Source: Rhizaria sp. SCN 62-66 (taxonomy: Eukaryota). Taken from it: a stretch of 44,295 bases of DNA. The stretch spans positions 1 through 44,295 of the forward strand of contig MEDY01000253.1 in assembly GCA_001724265.1 (NCBI GenBank). The letters are read 5' to 3'. The notes under the pieces were generated by a model. It had not been told where the DNA came from and did no database searches. It saw only the letters and a program-made list of their open reading frames with translations. A program made the position numbers and the translations under genes. This document shows, in pieces, positions 35,201 through 42,787 of the stretch. Positions within the stretch are counted from its first letter, which is position 1, and the number at the start of each line of letters is the position of its first letter.

Positions 35201-38200
35201 ACCCAGCGCGCTAAAGACGTCACGCGCGGCCTGCGTGTGCGCACGCGCCTCAGCAGCGGCGCCCGCAAGCACGGAGTGGGGCATGTTGGCGACGGCGCCG
35301 CCGTAGACAGACTCAGAGCCAGTGCGCGTCGCCATCGCGGCCTGCGCAGCGGCGGCGTTGGCCTCGGCCGCAGAGTCCTCGAGGCACAGGCGCGCCTTGA
35401 TGGTGATGGGCGTGACGAGCTGGCGCGCCTCGGCCGTGGCCTTGGCGTCCCCCCACAGTGTGTCCAGCCGGCCCAACCCGACGTGGTAGCGTACCAGGTC
35501 CGCGGCGACGGAGCCCGTGGCGGCGGCGGGGTCAAGCGAGAGCGTGACGGCCAGCCGGTCGCAGCGTTGCAGCAGCATCACCGAGTCCGCAGCCCACGAG
35601 TTCAGCGGCATCGCCATCGCCGCGTCGGTCACTACCACGCTCACGCGGACGCGCTTCGCAGACGCGGGGCGCGCGGCCTCGGCAGCGGCCGCGGTCGCAG
35701 CAGCGGAACGCGCGGCAGCGGCAGAGCTGCTCGCACCCGCGCTGCCAGTGCTGAGGCCGCTGGCGCTGCGTTGGCGCGTGACCGAGGGCTGCTGCAGCAG
35801 CGCAGGGGGCGCACTGGCGGCCGCGTCGGCGGGCGGCGGCAGCGGGGCGAGGTACTCGAGCATATCCGCCACGAAGGACGGCACGATGACGCCCGTGGGG
35901 CGGTTGATCGCCACCCACACTTCGGTGCCCGCTGCGGACGACTGCGCCAACGTGATCGTGATCTGCGAGGACCCAGCCTCCGCGTCGCCCTCGGCGGACG
36001 CCGCGGCGGGCGCATGCGCGCGGCGGATCGCGTGCAGCGGAGCGATGAGGTAGCCGTAACCCGGGTGCGGCCCGTGGGCGCGCAGGTCGCGCGCACTCAC
36101 GCGCGAGACGAGCAGCTCCACGAAGCGCGAGGGCTCGGGCGCGGGCGCGTAGTCCTTGCTGTGCGCGTCGTTGCCGCCGCCGCCCAGTGCTACTAGCAGC
36201 TGCAGGTGGCTCAGGCCCAAACGCGCCAGCGGTGCGGGCGTCGTCACACCGCGCTTCTCGGCCAGCAGCGTCAGGTGTGCGCCGCCAAACTCGGCCGCGA
36301 ACACAAGCGAGGGCACGTCAGCGTTGTCGCTGATGGCCGCAGGCTGCGCAAAGGTGACTGCGGCGCTACTCGCGTCAGGCGCGCGCTGCACAATGATGGA
36401 CTGGTGCAAGTCGGGGCGGTCGCGCACTCGGAGCACAGCGGTGCGAGCAAGCGTGGGCTCAGAGAACACGTCGTCATCGCTGTCGTCATCGTCGCCAGCA
36501 GTGTGCGACGTGCTGACGCGCGAGGGCGCGTTGCTGAGCGTTATCTCATCTTCGTCCTCGTCTTCATCGTCCTCGTCGCCGTCCTCGGCCACGGGCGTCA
36601 TGCCCAGCAGCGCCGCATTCGCGGCGTCGGAGCTCGCGCTGTCAGCGGCCTGCGCCGCCGCGGCAACGAGCGCAGCCGTGCGGCGCGCGCGCACTTCGGC
36701 GTCGCTGAGGCCGTGCGCGGCAGCGGCGTGCGCCAGCGCGGCGGCGTCGCTGGGGCAGCCCCACACCGCGCGCGCGGGCGCCGCGGCAGCGACGTCCTTG
36801 CTGGCCTTCGAAGCGTCGGCGGCGGTGGCGTAGAATTGCACCAGCTGCCGGCGCGCGACCGAGGCGTCGAGCGTCGACACCTTGAGGTCCGCGAGTGCGG
36901 GTCCCGCAGACGCGCGCTCAGGCCACGCCGCGGCGAGCGACACAACGGCCTCGCGAAGCAAAATGACGGTGTTATCATTGGCGGCTTCGGGCGAGGCTGT
37001 GCCGGGAGCGGCCACGACGTCGGCCAGCACCAGCGCGTCCTCACGCGCGCTGTCGGTCGTGAAGGCCAGGATGCGCGACACGTGCAGCGCGAGCGCGTTC
37101 CACTCGGCGGGCGACGTGCTGCGGCGCGCCTCCTCCAGCGGCCGCAGCAGCGGCGCCGTCAGCGCGGCGCGCGCGGCCAGGCCCTCGGCGGGCGCGGCGC
37201 CAGTGGCCGACGCGTGGCGCGCCCAGCGCAGCGCCTCGCCAGAGCTCGCGCGCACGTGGTCGCGGTCCGCCAGCGTCTCCGGCAGCGTTGCGGGCGCGGC
37301 GTCGATGGGTGCGCTGGAGACGGTGAGCCGGCCCAGCGAAAGCACAGCGCGGCGGCGGCTGCCCGCGGACTCGGGCACCGCTAGCATCGGCGGCTCCAGC
37401 GAGATGTCGAGCCTCGGCATGCGCGGGGCCGCGGAGCTGGGCGCCGCTGTGGCAGGCGCAGGTAGAGCGGGGCGCGGGCTCGCTCCTGCGCGAGGCGAAA
37501 CAAGCGCCTCGCCGGCGGGCGACTTGGAGGAGGCCATGCTGGCGCCGGCGGCAGCGACGCCGGGCGCAGCCGCGGCGGCGAGCGCGATGGTGAGGGGCGC
37601 GAAGGCGGCGAGCGACTCGGCGCCGTACGCGGCGAGACGCACGGCGACGCTGGGCGCGGCCTCGAGCAGCAGACCGCCGACGCGCATACGGAGCGCGGAC
37701 TCGGCGGGCGGCGGCGAGCGGCCGGTGAACTCGCGGGCCTCGTGCACAATGTACACGAGCGGCGTCGAGTAGGGCATCAGCGACGCCGATGGAGGCAGCT
37801 CCACGCCGGAGTACACGCGCAGGATCAGTGTCGGCTCGGGCGCGACAGCGCCGACTGAGGCCGAGGCCTGCGCGGACTCGGTTAGCGAGATGCCGCCCAG
37901 CGCGCAGCGCAGCTGCGAGTGCGAGGCGAGCCAGAGACGCAGCGTGGCGGGCGAAGGCACGCGCGTGGCCTGCTGCTGCGACACGGCGCCCATCTCCTCA
38001 ATGTCGAGCGTGTACGCAGTGGCCGTGGGTAGGCGCGGCAGCGGCGAGACCGTGCCGTCGGGCCAGCGCCACTCGCCGCCCGCAGCGGCCGCCACGGGCA
38101 CCGCGGGCGCGGGCAGCGGCACGCGCAGGTCGACGGTAAGCATGGTTACGCGCACGGCAACCTGCGAGAGCCCCACGATCGCGGAGCCCGCGGCGCGGCG

Positions 38201-41200
38201 GAAGGCTTCGTCGGCCTCGGCCGCGGCCTGCTTTGCCATGCGCGCCGCCACCTCGGCCTCGGCCTTGGCACGCGCGCGGGCCTGGCGCGCGATCGTGGGC
38301 GCCATGGCCGAGATGATGCCCGTGCCGCCGCTGCCGTCGCCGAAGTCGGACTCGCTGTGCGAAGCGGAGGATGTCCCCGACCGGCGCTTCACCACGCGAC
38401 GCTTGCCCGAGTGCGACTTCTCGTTCACCGACTTCTCGCTGCTGTCGTCGTGCGACAGCGACGCGCTGTGGTCGTCGCCAGCCTTAGCCTTGCGCGGCTT
38501 GCGCACGAGCCGGCGCTTTTTCTTTGGGTCGCCCGCGCCGGCCGACGCGGCGGGAGTGCCGTGGCGCGAGACGCCGCCGGCCAGGAGTCTCTCGTCGGCA
38601 AACACATCCGCAATCTCGTCAAGCGCGTTGACGAGCGCGGCGACGGGCAGCGCGGCAAAGATCACGGCGGCCGACTGCGGCAGCCACGCCACGGCGACGG
38701 TGCCGACCTCGCACTCGAGCGAAGACTCGAAGCGCGCCGCCGGCAGCCCGCGCGCAGACTGCGCGATCTGGCTGCCGTCGAACAGAGCCGCCGACGCTGC
38801 CGTCGCCGGTGCCGCGCCAGCGCCGGCAGCAGCGACGCCGGTCGAGTCGGCCGAGGAGTGCGGGCTGAGCGCGCCGCCCGTCAGGCCCTGCGCGGCGCGG
38901 AGATCCGCCTTGCGGTCCGGCCGGCGCACCTCGAGGCACACCGACAGCGGCGCGTTGCTGCGTCCGCGGCCGCCGGGCGCGGAGCCGGCTGAGAGGAGGA
39001 TGAGTCCGGTCGGCAACGAGGGCGCCGCGGCTGGCGCGGCGGGGTCCGCGGGCGCGTGCACGTGGTCCGTGATAGTGACGCGCGTCACCACGGCGGTCAC
39101 CGAGGTGGCGAACTTGGACTGCGTGACCGTGAGCGTGGCCTCGCTGACGACGGCGGAGCACACCAGCACGGGCACGTGACCGGCGGCCGTGGCGCCGACG
39201 GTGGGGACGCCCGCGCGGCGCAGCGCGGCGGCCACGGCGGGCGGCAGCAGCGCGGCGGGCCCCGAGACCGGCACCGCGTCCTCGGCGGGCAGCGCGAGCG
39301 CGTCGCTGAAGAGCAGCACGTGCAGCGACGGCAGCGTCGTCGACAGTTCCAGCAGCGTGTCACGGCGCCGCACCTCGGCCTTGCTCTTAGCCCAGCGGAA
39401 GAACCAGAGCCAGGACACGGCCGTGCCCTCGACTTCCTCTTCCTCCTCGCCGCCCGCGAGCCCGGCGGCGGAGGCCGTGGACGAAAGCCCCGCGGTGGAG
39501 GAGAACTCGAGCGCCGCGGCCGAGTCGTAGTCGCCGCCGCCAGCGCGGCCGCCGTTGGCCTCGGCCCACGCCTTGACGCGGAGGCGGAAGCGCAGCACCT
39601 GCGTGATGACGTCATTGGCCATGGCCTCGACGCCCAGCGCCGCGCGGAGCTCTTCGCGCGTCAGCATCGCCTTGCCCTGCGTCGCGCCTGCGGGCGCCAG
39701 GTGAGCGTACATGCCGAGCATCGCCTCAGCGTCGTCGTCATCGTCGTCGTCGCCGTAGCCGCCAGTGCCCGCGAAGCCCAGCGAGCCGAGCGCGCCCGCG
39801 GGCCCGGTCGCGGTGGCGGCCGCGGCGACGGGCGCGGTGGCGAGGCGCGCGGTGTAGGCCGAGACAGAGCGCGGGAGCGCGCTGAGCGAGCCCAAGAGTG
39901 CGGACTGCGAGTGCGCCAGCAGCCCCGCGGCGGAGCCCGAGCGGGTGAGCGAGTCCACGCCCTCGAGCGCGGCCGCGGCGTCGGCGCCGCCGGACAGCAG
40001 CTCCATCACGACGCCCCAGCGCGGGACGGCGACCTGCGCCGTGGCGGCCACGCGCGCGAGCGCCGTGGTGCCCAGGCGCAGCGTAAGTTGCGGCAGCGAG
40101 CCCGAGAGCCGCGCGCGTGGGAGGTCGCGGAAGCGGTCGTGCGTGCGCAGCGCGAGCTGCACCGTGGCGCGCGCCGTCGTCGATAGCAGCAGCCACGTGT
40201 CGCGCGGCGAAGGCGCATAGCCCGCGCACGCGGCGTCGAGCGGCGCCGAGCTCGCGCCGACGGCCGGCGCACTGGCGTGCGGCAGGAGCCGGTAGTTGCC
40301 GTAAGGCGCGTCACGCCACACAGCGCCCGAGCGCACGACCCAGGCCTGCAGCGCGTCGTAGCCCACGGCGACGCGGTCCTGCTTCTGGCGTTCGGCGGCG
40401 TCGGCGCCGGCCGAGGTGACGGTGATCTGGCCCAGGTCCACCACGAGCATGTCGCAGTGAGGGCGATCCGCCGCCGCAGGCAGGATCAGTGTCGGCGCGC
40501 GGACCGTCACAGCCAGCTCCAGCTCGGGCCGCGCACGTCCCGACGGGTGCGCCTGACCGGCAAAGATGCGGCCCAGCGCGGCCATGGCCAGCGAGCGCAG
40601 CTGCTTCTGCCCTAGCGCGCCCGCGACCGAGGAGGCCGAGCCGTGCAGCGCGCCGCCGTCCGCGCTGTCCACGCGCGCGGCGTCGGCGTCGGCGGCCGCC
40701 GCAGAGCCCGCGAAGGCGGCCTCGATGACGGTGCGCGCGGCCTCGGCGACGGGCAGCGCGAAGGCCGTTACGGCCGCCGCCACACGCGAGTCGACGGCGA
40801 TGTCCACGGGCTGCAGCTCCAGTCGCAGCAGCAGCCCCGGCGGCACCGGCGCCCCGGCCGCGGGCGGCGTGGCTGGCAGCGGGACCGAGGCCAGCCCGCG
40901 CGCGGCGCGGAAGGAGGGCAGCACGTGCGCGGGCGGGCTCTGGTGGAACTCAAGCGCGAGCAGCGGCGGCGCAGTGCCACTGCCGCTGGTCCCGCCCGCA
41001 GCAGTCGAGCCGAGCGGGCGCGGCGCGACAATGGCGCGGTGGAACGTGACGTGCGGCGCGGCGTCGATGACGGTAAGCGCGGCGAGCGCGCAGGCAACCG
41101 AGGTTGACGACGGGCGCAGCGCGAGCTGCGCACGCACGCCCGTGGCCGTGAGGTGCAGCAGCGGGCCGCGAGCGCCGGCCAGCACAATGATCACGGCGGG

Positions 41201-42787
41201 CAGCGACACGTCCGCGGCCAACAGCTCGTAGCGCGCGTCGGTGGTGGCGGAGCGCACATCCACAGCGGCCTCCCAGCTCGCGTCAAGCATGCCCTCGATC
41301 TCGGCGCGCTCTTCGGCAGTGAAAGCGTCCTCCGCGGCCGCAGATGGTGACGCCGCCGCCGCGCCGCCGCCGCCGAAGAGGCGCGAAAAGAAGCCTGGCT
41401 TGGAGGACGCGGCCTTCTCGGAGCGCAGCGTGACGCGTTTGCCGCCGCCCTCGCGCTGCATCTCGATAAAGGCGCGGGAGCGCGCGCGCGCGAGGTCTTC
41501 GAAGCGCGCGGCTAGGTCCATGGCGGCCAGTTCGTCCATCTCGGACTGCGTCAGGCGCGGCAGCGGCCCGTCAAAGCGGCGGCGGTAGAGCGCGGTGTAG
41601 CGCACGGTGGCCTCGGGCGACAGCGCCGTGAAGTGTGACGACTCGGCTGCGGTCAGCAGCGCGAGCTTTTCCTGCGCCGTGGCCACAGTGTCGACGAGCG
41701 CTAGCAGCGGCGCCAGCTGCGGGTTCGAAAACGACAGCGCGACGGACGCGCTCGCGCCAAAGCCCGCTGTCGACGCCGCCGTCGGTGACAGCACAGACTC
41801 AGCGCCACTTGCACTCGTACTCGCACTCGTTTGCGGCGCGGGCGCGGGCTCGTCGAGGGTGAGGCGCAGGCGCATGCGGCAGGGGCTGGCGTCGCTGAGC
41901 GTGCGCGTCATCTCGGCCATCAGCGTGCCCGCCAGCGGCTGACACAGGTACGCGCTGGCCGCTGCATTGGCCGCGCTGGCCGCCGCGTTCAACGAGCCGG
42001 GCCGCGCCGGCAGCGGCGGCGGCGGCGGAACTTCGTTGCTCGTGCTCGCACTCTCGCTTGCGCCGACCTTGCTGCTGCTGCTGCTTCTGCTGGTGCCAAC
42101 GCCAGAGCTGGAGGTTGCGCTGTTGTTGTTGGTGCCGGCGGCGGCGGGGTCGACATAGATGGCGAGTCCCTCCCAGCGCACGCGCTTGAAGAGCTTCTCG
42201 AACGAGTGTTGCACAAACAGCGCGGCGCCTGCGGCGTCGCTGGTGTTGGCAACGAGCGAGTCAAGCACGAGTCCGGCGGCGAAGCGGCGGCCCGGGTTGG
42301 CGGCGTTGAGTGGGGCCTCGTAGCGCACATGCACGCGCCGGATCTCAATCTGCAGGTTCGCCGCGATGGTCGCGGCCAGGCGCGCCATCATGCCCGACGG
42401 CGCCTCGTCCGCGGCGGCCGGTCCAGCGAGCTGCGTCTCCTGCAGCTTGGCGAGCTTGGCTGTCTTCTCGGCGAGCGCAGTCGCGCGTACGACCTCCGGG
42501 TCTAGGTCGAACGAGGCCTTGGGGCGCGCGCACGCAGAGATGTCCTCCAACACCAACCGCACGGGCTTGGACTTAAGCGAGCGCCAGTCAGCCGCCAGGT
42601 GGATGCGGCCAATAGTGCCCGCCGAAACGGTGACGGGCAGCTGCAGCATGTCGAGCGCGGCGGGGCGGATGCGGATGTTGCGCAGGTTGACCTCGCCGGA
42701 CCAGGCTTTGACGTCCAGCACGCCGAAGTCCTCAACGAACTGGCCTAGGTACGTGTTCAGCAGGTTCGCCACCGCGCCTTTGATCAT
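23300..42787 (-). CDS. VPS13: VPS13-family bridge-like lipid transfer protein, 6495 aa, one uninterrupted ORF
   Basis: Chorein N-terminus (VANLLNTYLGQFVE, WSGEVNLRNIRIR, LQLPVTV, ANLQIEIRRVHVRYE); repeated RBG-type motifs (APTLILP...LVVDLG; PPMLAVP...LSLG); six Asn-centred VAB repeats at ~28490-25300 (RVRNDT, SVHNAT, VVSNVL, WIINDT, VVVNET, SVANKS); VPS13_C/ATG2_C (IYFEQFLISPV, LLGNP, GLVAQPIKGAQKDGAAG). Confidence 0.92.
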   Translation of the reverse strand: MIKGAVANLLNTYLGQFVEDFGVLDVKAWSGEVNLRNIRIRPAALDMLQLPVTVSAGTIGRIHLAADWRSLKSKPVRLVLEDISACARPKASFDLDPEVVRATALAEKTAKLAKLQETQLAGPAAADEAPSGMMARLAATIAANLQIEIRRVHVRYEAPLNAANPGRRFAAGLVLDSLVANTSDAAGAALFVQHSFEKLFKRVRWEGLAIYVDPAAAGTNNNSATSSSGVGTSRSSSSSKVGASESASTSNEVPPPPPLPARPGSLNAAASAANAAASAYLCQPLAGTLMAEMTRTLSDASPCRMRLRLTLDEPAPAPQTSASTSASGAESVLSPTAASTAGFGASASVALSFSNPQLAPLLALVDTVATAQEKLALLTAAESSHFTALSPEATVRYTALYRRRFDGPLPRLTQSEMDELAAMDLAARFEDLARARSRAFIEMQREGGGKRVTLRSEKAASSKPGFFSRLFGGGGAAAASPSAAAEDAFTAEERAEIEGMLDASWEAAVDVRSATTDARYELLAADVSLPAVIIVLAGARGPLLHLTATGVRAQLALRPSSTSVACALAALTVIDAAPHVTFHRAIVAPRPLGSTAAGGTSGSGTAPPLLALEFHQSPPAHVLPSFRAARGLASVPLPATPPAAGAPVPPGLLLRLELQPVDIAVDSRVAAAVTAFALPVAEAARTVIEAAFAGSAAAADADAARVDSADGGALHGSASSVAGALGQKQLRSLAMAALGRIFAGQAHPSGRARPELELAVTVRAPTLILPAAADRPHCDMLVVDLGQITVTSAGADAAERQKQDRVAVGYDALQAWVVRSGAVWRDAPYGNYRLLPHASAPAVGASSAPLDAACAGYAPSPRDTWLLLSTTARATVQLALRTHDRFRDLPRARLSGSLPQLTLRLGTTALARVAATAQVAVPRWGVVMELLSGGADAAAALEGVDSLTRSGSAAGLLAHSQSALLGSLSALPRSVSAYTARLATAPVAAAATATGPAGALGSLGFAGTGGYGDDDDDDDAEAMLGMYAHLAPAGATQGKAMLTREELRAALGVEAMANDVITQVLRFRLRVKAWAEANGGRAGGGDYDSAAALEFSSTAGLSSTASAAGLAGGEEEEEVEGTAVSWLWFFRWAKSKAEVRRRDTLLELSTTLPSLHVLLFSDALALPAEDAVPVSGPAALLPPAVAAALRRAGVPTVGATAAGHVPVLVCSAVVSEATLTVTQSKFATSVTAVVTRVTITDHVHAPADPAAPAAAPSLPTGLILLSAGSAPGGRGRSNAPLSVCLEVRRPDRKADLRAAQGLTGGALSPHSSADSTGVAAAGAGAAPATAASAALFDGSQIAQSARGLPAARFESSLECEVGTVAVAWLPQSAAVIFAALPVAALVNALDEIADVFADERLLAGGVSRHGTPAASAGAGDPKKKRRLVRKPRKAKAGDDHSASLSHDDSSEKSVNEKSHSGKRRVVKRRSGTSSASHSESDFGDGSGGTGIISAMAPTIARQARARAKAEAEVAARMAKQAAAEADEAFRRAAGSAIVGLSQVAVRVTMLTVDLRVPLPAPAVPVAAAAGGEWRWPDGTVSPLPRLPTATAYTLDIEEMGAVSQQQATRVPSPATLRLWLASHSQLRCALGGISLTESAQASASVGAVAPEPTLILRVYSGVELPPSASLMPYSTPLVYIVHEAREFTGRSPPPAESALRMRVGGLLLEAAPSVAVRLAAYGAESLAAFAPLTIALAAAAAPGVAAAGASMASSKSPAGEALVSPRAGASPRPALPAPATAAPSSAAPRMPRLDISLEPPMLAVPESAGSRRRAVLSLGRLTVSSAPIDAAPATLPETLADRDHVRASSGEALRWARHASATGAAPAEGLAARAALTAPLLRPLEEARRSTSPAEWNALALHVSRILAFTTDSAREDALVLADVVAAPGTASPEAANDNTVILLREAVVSLAAAWPERASAGPALADLKVSTLDASVARRQLVQFYATAADASKASKDVAAAAPARAVWGCPSDAAALAHAAAAHGLSDAEVRARRTAALVAAAAQAADSASSDAANAALLGMTPVAEDGDEDDEDEDEDEITLSNAPSRVSTSHTAGDDDDSDDDVFSEPTLARTAVLRVRDRPDLHQSIIVQRAPDASSAAVTFAQPAAISDNADVPSLVFAAEFGGAHLTLLAEKRGVTTPAPLARLGLSHLQLLVALGGGGNDAHSKDYAPAPEPSRFVELLVSRVSARDLRAHGPHPGYGYLIAPLHAIRRAHAPAAASAEGDAEAGSSQITITLAQSSAAGTEVWVAINRPTGVIVPSFVADMLEYLAPLPPPADAAASAPPALLQQPSVTRQRSASGLSTGSAGASSSAAAARSAAATAAAAEAARPASAKRVRVSVVVTDAAMAMPLNSWAADSVMLLQRCDRLAVTLSLDPAAATGSVAADLVRYHVGLGRLDTLWGDAKATAEARQLVTPITIKARLCLEDSAAEANAAAAQAAMATRTGSESVYGGAVANMPHSVLAGAAAEARAHTQAARDVFSALGAPPVGGRPSATSGAAEWGLSCTDKSTLHVSPVTMYLTPRDLVTVLDVHDMVTAAVAPPLRTHYVAPFIGIAAGPQAAIAEGDEERCDDMEAAPAAPAPLPPFWIEVQCDKIAVYLLTDAVPTSALSAGLETVTIGLRNSHLSVALDTVATRFAPPAQKQNDTQSGKIVSATAALAGSVESAIITPTRFTLDLTLAPLGGATAVLASGPAPLLRPVVTVAAERPFQVFVSDTMLLDIVAIIKEWDPPVARAVDTIAALPVQLGLAAADVGAVTPDATPAPALIETAGLELALSLSEVSVFLDKARPGVNAGVAPLFLATARGVMVAHTTHRAGPGLAPAATTSISLQALECWDLKNVGNELCVVSIDTGAPSCAPVPTRGTTKPVAAAATALSALPGDDCPVFIHIDSPELPLTDEQGVYEYMVHRADAATAAQPLMALALRLHSVRINWSPDWMAELFDLIFSVTGGAAAIVTPPELESEEFYEALFTANTAAGHPRPAPNAAIFASQHPNVASDVKNPDATVSDSAMILPYFALDPTGASALLPPAAVLDSEIRAHLEHAVNKAAADGATASTEHPGAPPKTSCNVSGELDRLWPKHWRGGTLVRSILWGQQPGFRVAQVFPCEPTAPARTPMSVRVDVTTRSVIIGLHKDGGRLGGVAVAVESRKIFRADITAAVVSVSLPLLPPATYKRGPGSVQVEGGVRSLHMYKLDSVAPVPADVAAAAGVPPEAMAHMRASPAAKAGGVEGEEDFIDPWGLIVAITPGKDDEMAAAFAVRRPPMPPAPAPGAPKPFYDYNQVAISAGNVDIAFQLSPVLELVDYILSGIIGAIPGAPPPVDSVSDATSPSAAPSDASPMPVPAKSSIIDMLPLPAPGVPASPSWGTGAVRMLVRVGTLSAIAPRSSVAPDVASSIAMIVRGVTMTNAPERDEAAVARGEHPLEFDRLTLTVDALAAAALPADPTVIAAAAAAAAGSAAYVSGSRMTLRTGHELRAAPADRAAAATHKAAISAAIAAGLGHSADPATKAIGLVPTARLDKTVSMRSAASAPAANFGSTVASQQNLSTLSLQTSAPAPATNARTAALAGLDLGMGDIVVPQKKQHTPVFSQPATSPTSARAPGSSGPFLPSAAAFEAVMQRSHSPGAKNRGSLDKTANDVAPLMAAAAALRAMAPKLAARTFPKDLIMAIKKDEAAASDKKTADTPPLTSLVAASLEALWPSLINAGVFGKGKPIPARAPWLLPAMPLITPTRVGLDILAALDRPAFAAALPDGAPVKVSLTVGHLEAFLSASRLECLMRVLAGNLLLDPVLAAAAVQAARVKATLLAGNARADSLFNVFGTGSMAMLGASELSAIVASESSWGPGTPAMSDAPSTPDGASPPGPLTGLAAVTGSESQHKAKVASMMSSLLATAVASDSIEHPSSSSSSSLSLAVTRPSQQPAPATAARARRIIFQEDTPWAFTKAMMGLVITSARINMCEEEVDRSPAAAPLYRTSQSFLAAEIGGVSLGWRRLGLAGALTSIAFNTMLFREIDANARGLNASAAARGEEWRSLVLCPSSHPLVAARGTSQTLSSPGDNVRTLDMNDFLAASPQDGGSSPIKMAVRPVIHLKILQSLSLVSGRRRAIDVDVCGLTAFTNPRALMRLARAVTIPPDCLDPPPCTIAAAITAAASGTVDTHGSGSVPGVPLAASAAGSTASTFASTSAPAAVVAPKLSAASSTPEASAANVGLGRDHITLRVRVSALQAVTVDPLTAAALVVRTGCALAMSRTVQPPVAPALGLAPRGQQVVEILILGVAAQAAVHSCSVRQLWRAPSLDSTIVKPVSVRAVLASTQSVLLSVVDQADLVDPSAAAGGMPLAALVTTRGSATVGFLDPLAMTLSLGDLGIAMSARDAWVDAAADMDLWDKEQTHARAALAAFRLQAASSAASAAAAAASPSGETGDGEDDEGSHVDALIQQQLVAWGDVAGAASGDAHGYAGNAFSLAADAARASALPAVAGVNLNVVRVTTAGEKVLRIDLLPITVTAVDNLSRRFVPVMCLRVTPTPVDVSLWAVPDGWAGNMVSRFMFAVEYHDPQSLALRALVHETNVISEARFFLDDGIAASSSARTGTATALRTSALDTGSGTASRNRPFWMMLQVNSPIDVRVSTAFLLSIFTAYSDWTARRQAARSSIHSQADGTAGSASDTTSTGSAPVRKTAQISAARAVMANAMISQQQRIARDESSVGEEGDDNDGEDVDARYYSPVRVRNDTGEAVQVWAVLNKRALDRHQAEINLSDRDFADMVERLSETCTRVTVPAGGEVPVPLCPGLRMHPRMASLCFSVGRGVSAGRLMNVPVSHRGTQVFPLSVGDSMPTPSPMGELPAQQRRVSLSIRTVDSSRVVIMSSTRSVHNATDLPWAVQATLPDATTWECIIPARGTVPIPVSFQQFEFVRMKPATIRDGEALSTSPSRPQDEDFGWSQPIMAVQTIAKVPRNYDLVCAAVATEALPARACVVFVPPMQAEGVTDGVFTIHAPLVVSNVLPVPACFEIVYRLWMPAAQRWATRTLLRDVLASGAETQLNTIDWSEAAAAWNKVRLNSGRPLPDGPPDAKPAAQLLCRVQCGGLGWTQLTPIIHSVESQHASREGPGGYSGLVIPRSRRLVRCSTHDDGAASAAPAPGDADSMPLILEVDANETLGAAGRASGALARVVRFFADSWIINDTLLPLTVAHGPLLMQGAVFGRVAQESRQAPRITVETYDDLALRQLPPDAPRPKPGCEPLGLGLAGNACRTVTLAEKTPTMAPAAAPAWTVMPQRLRNGTSPATHFTLVASDAPHSREAFTRVAQLGNLLIDPAHDCSAAAAARRASSASQAITSSPLRMRADMVARFYRAPAPFQRICVTHLLPRFVVVNETPWPLALVQEGMGMTPEAACVVPPTPRDAVPPPDENTACPSIVGGMPFYWPCHQSPQRIQILPLAPPPSPKAVLRATRPAVVGAAPMGTPVPNAAPAIESVTDAGAFRYGCMAEASEEAMASAAWTATSFFTLSETGIISVLSSAKAAPDGGPGTQSVALTMQVSVHNNGGQFVVTITPELSGPQSASRVRRKQEKLLAARAQQAAIEASSPSAVAAASNGALSLNTSAPALPTVSSSLVATVPAAGTVGVAPLYSVANKSSFPISICQAQAILPGGDVRRNAELACLPPMLHTQPYRATPFAWQDPNATSEFPSPQVLAAAPARAVALKFALLYIYPAPGAAPHLLQVQIEIPGWSKIAMVVRQEITAPGAPPTCTVHPLLVRVDCLADGSRVLNIVPCPFPRRSLPSEWSRVFRSARAVRFLTTAAAAGAAVAGSTAAAASKSAGGLRTGGAGSAVQIVGDGALELLKLKQLVMSVDKQGKVIAHGGQAGADEEEKKQETETGISEFVFKAPLVSVAVVDDLPSAEQASASASGASLGAKLDDGGDAGCHVLSAHLCNIGLLLTSTATSQRQEVSLGALQIDKGTGVGKSSKKMPLHTPERMPSPPVPSYMPVLAWSTLWPVMVKQPDGAAPTPLVSFTSKRAYVRSGRYLVAGSYEYWDLSFQKQPVCFNIDDEIISALITVMDGFEANGTRSKSAKQRRQNTITAAIMASRGAASGNTQTASVVLATQRALAATLASAAQSSRTESAVRIYFEQFLISPVHLRVTTRLTGDVLERLLRAVDLGGGLRTVLSALGSMLQVEQMPIDMPMLVQQQETYSSAELVSAVGGFYQQQSSKYVTNALLSSSLLGNPRGFVRGIGRGASGLTHQERQLDSRRHNLSAAEGVAMTTGRLVGNTVGGVFCIASNVTGSIASGVSHLVLDDEHRAERDQRQKEKPKNALSGVKQGAMSIGTGLFSAITGLVAQPIKGAQKDGAAGAAKGFMSAIINIPTKVVSGTLDGVTNVVEGVGNTLADNETKAPPFVPVGRPLKLQVQLLGLDNATQEQLQQGHGHGKQGPSQSQSGGPRAPQQVVRR

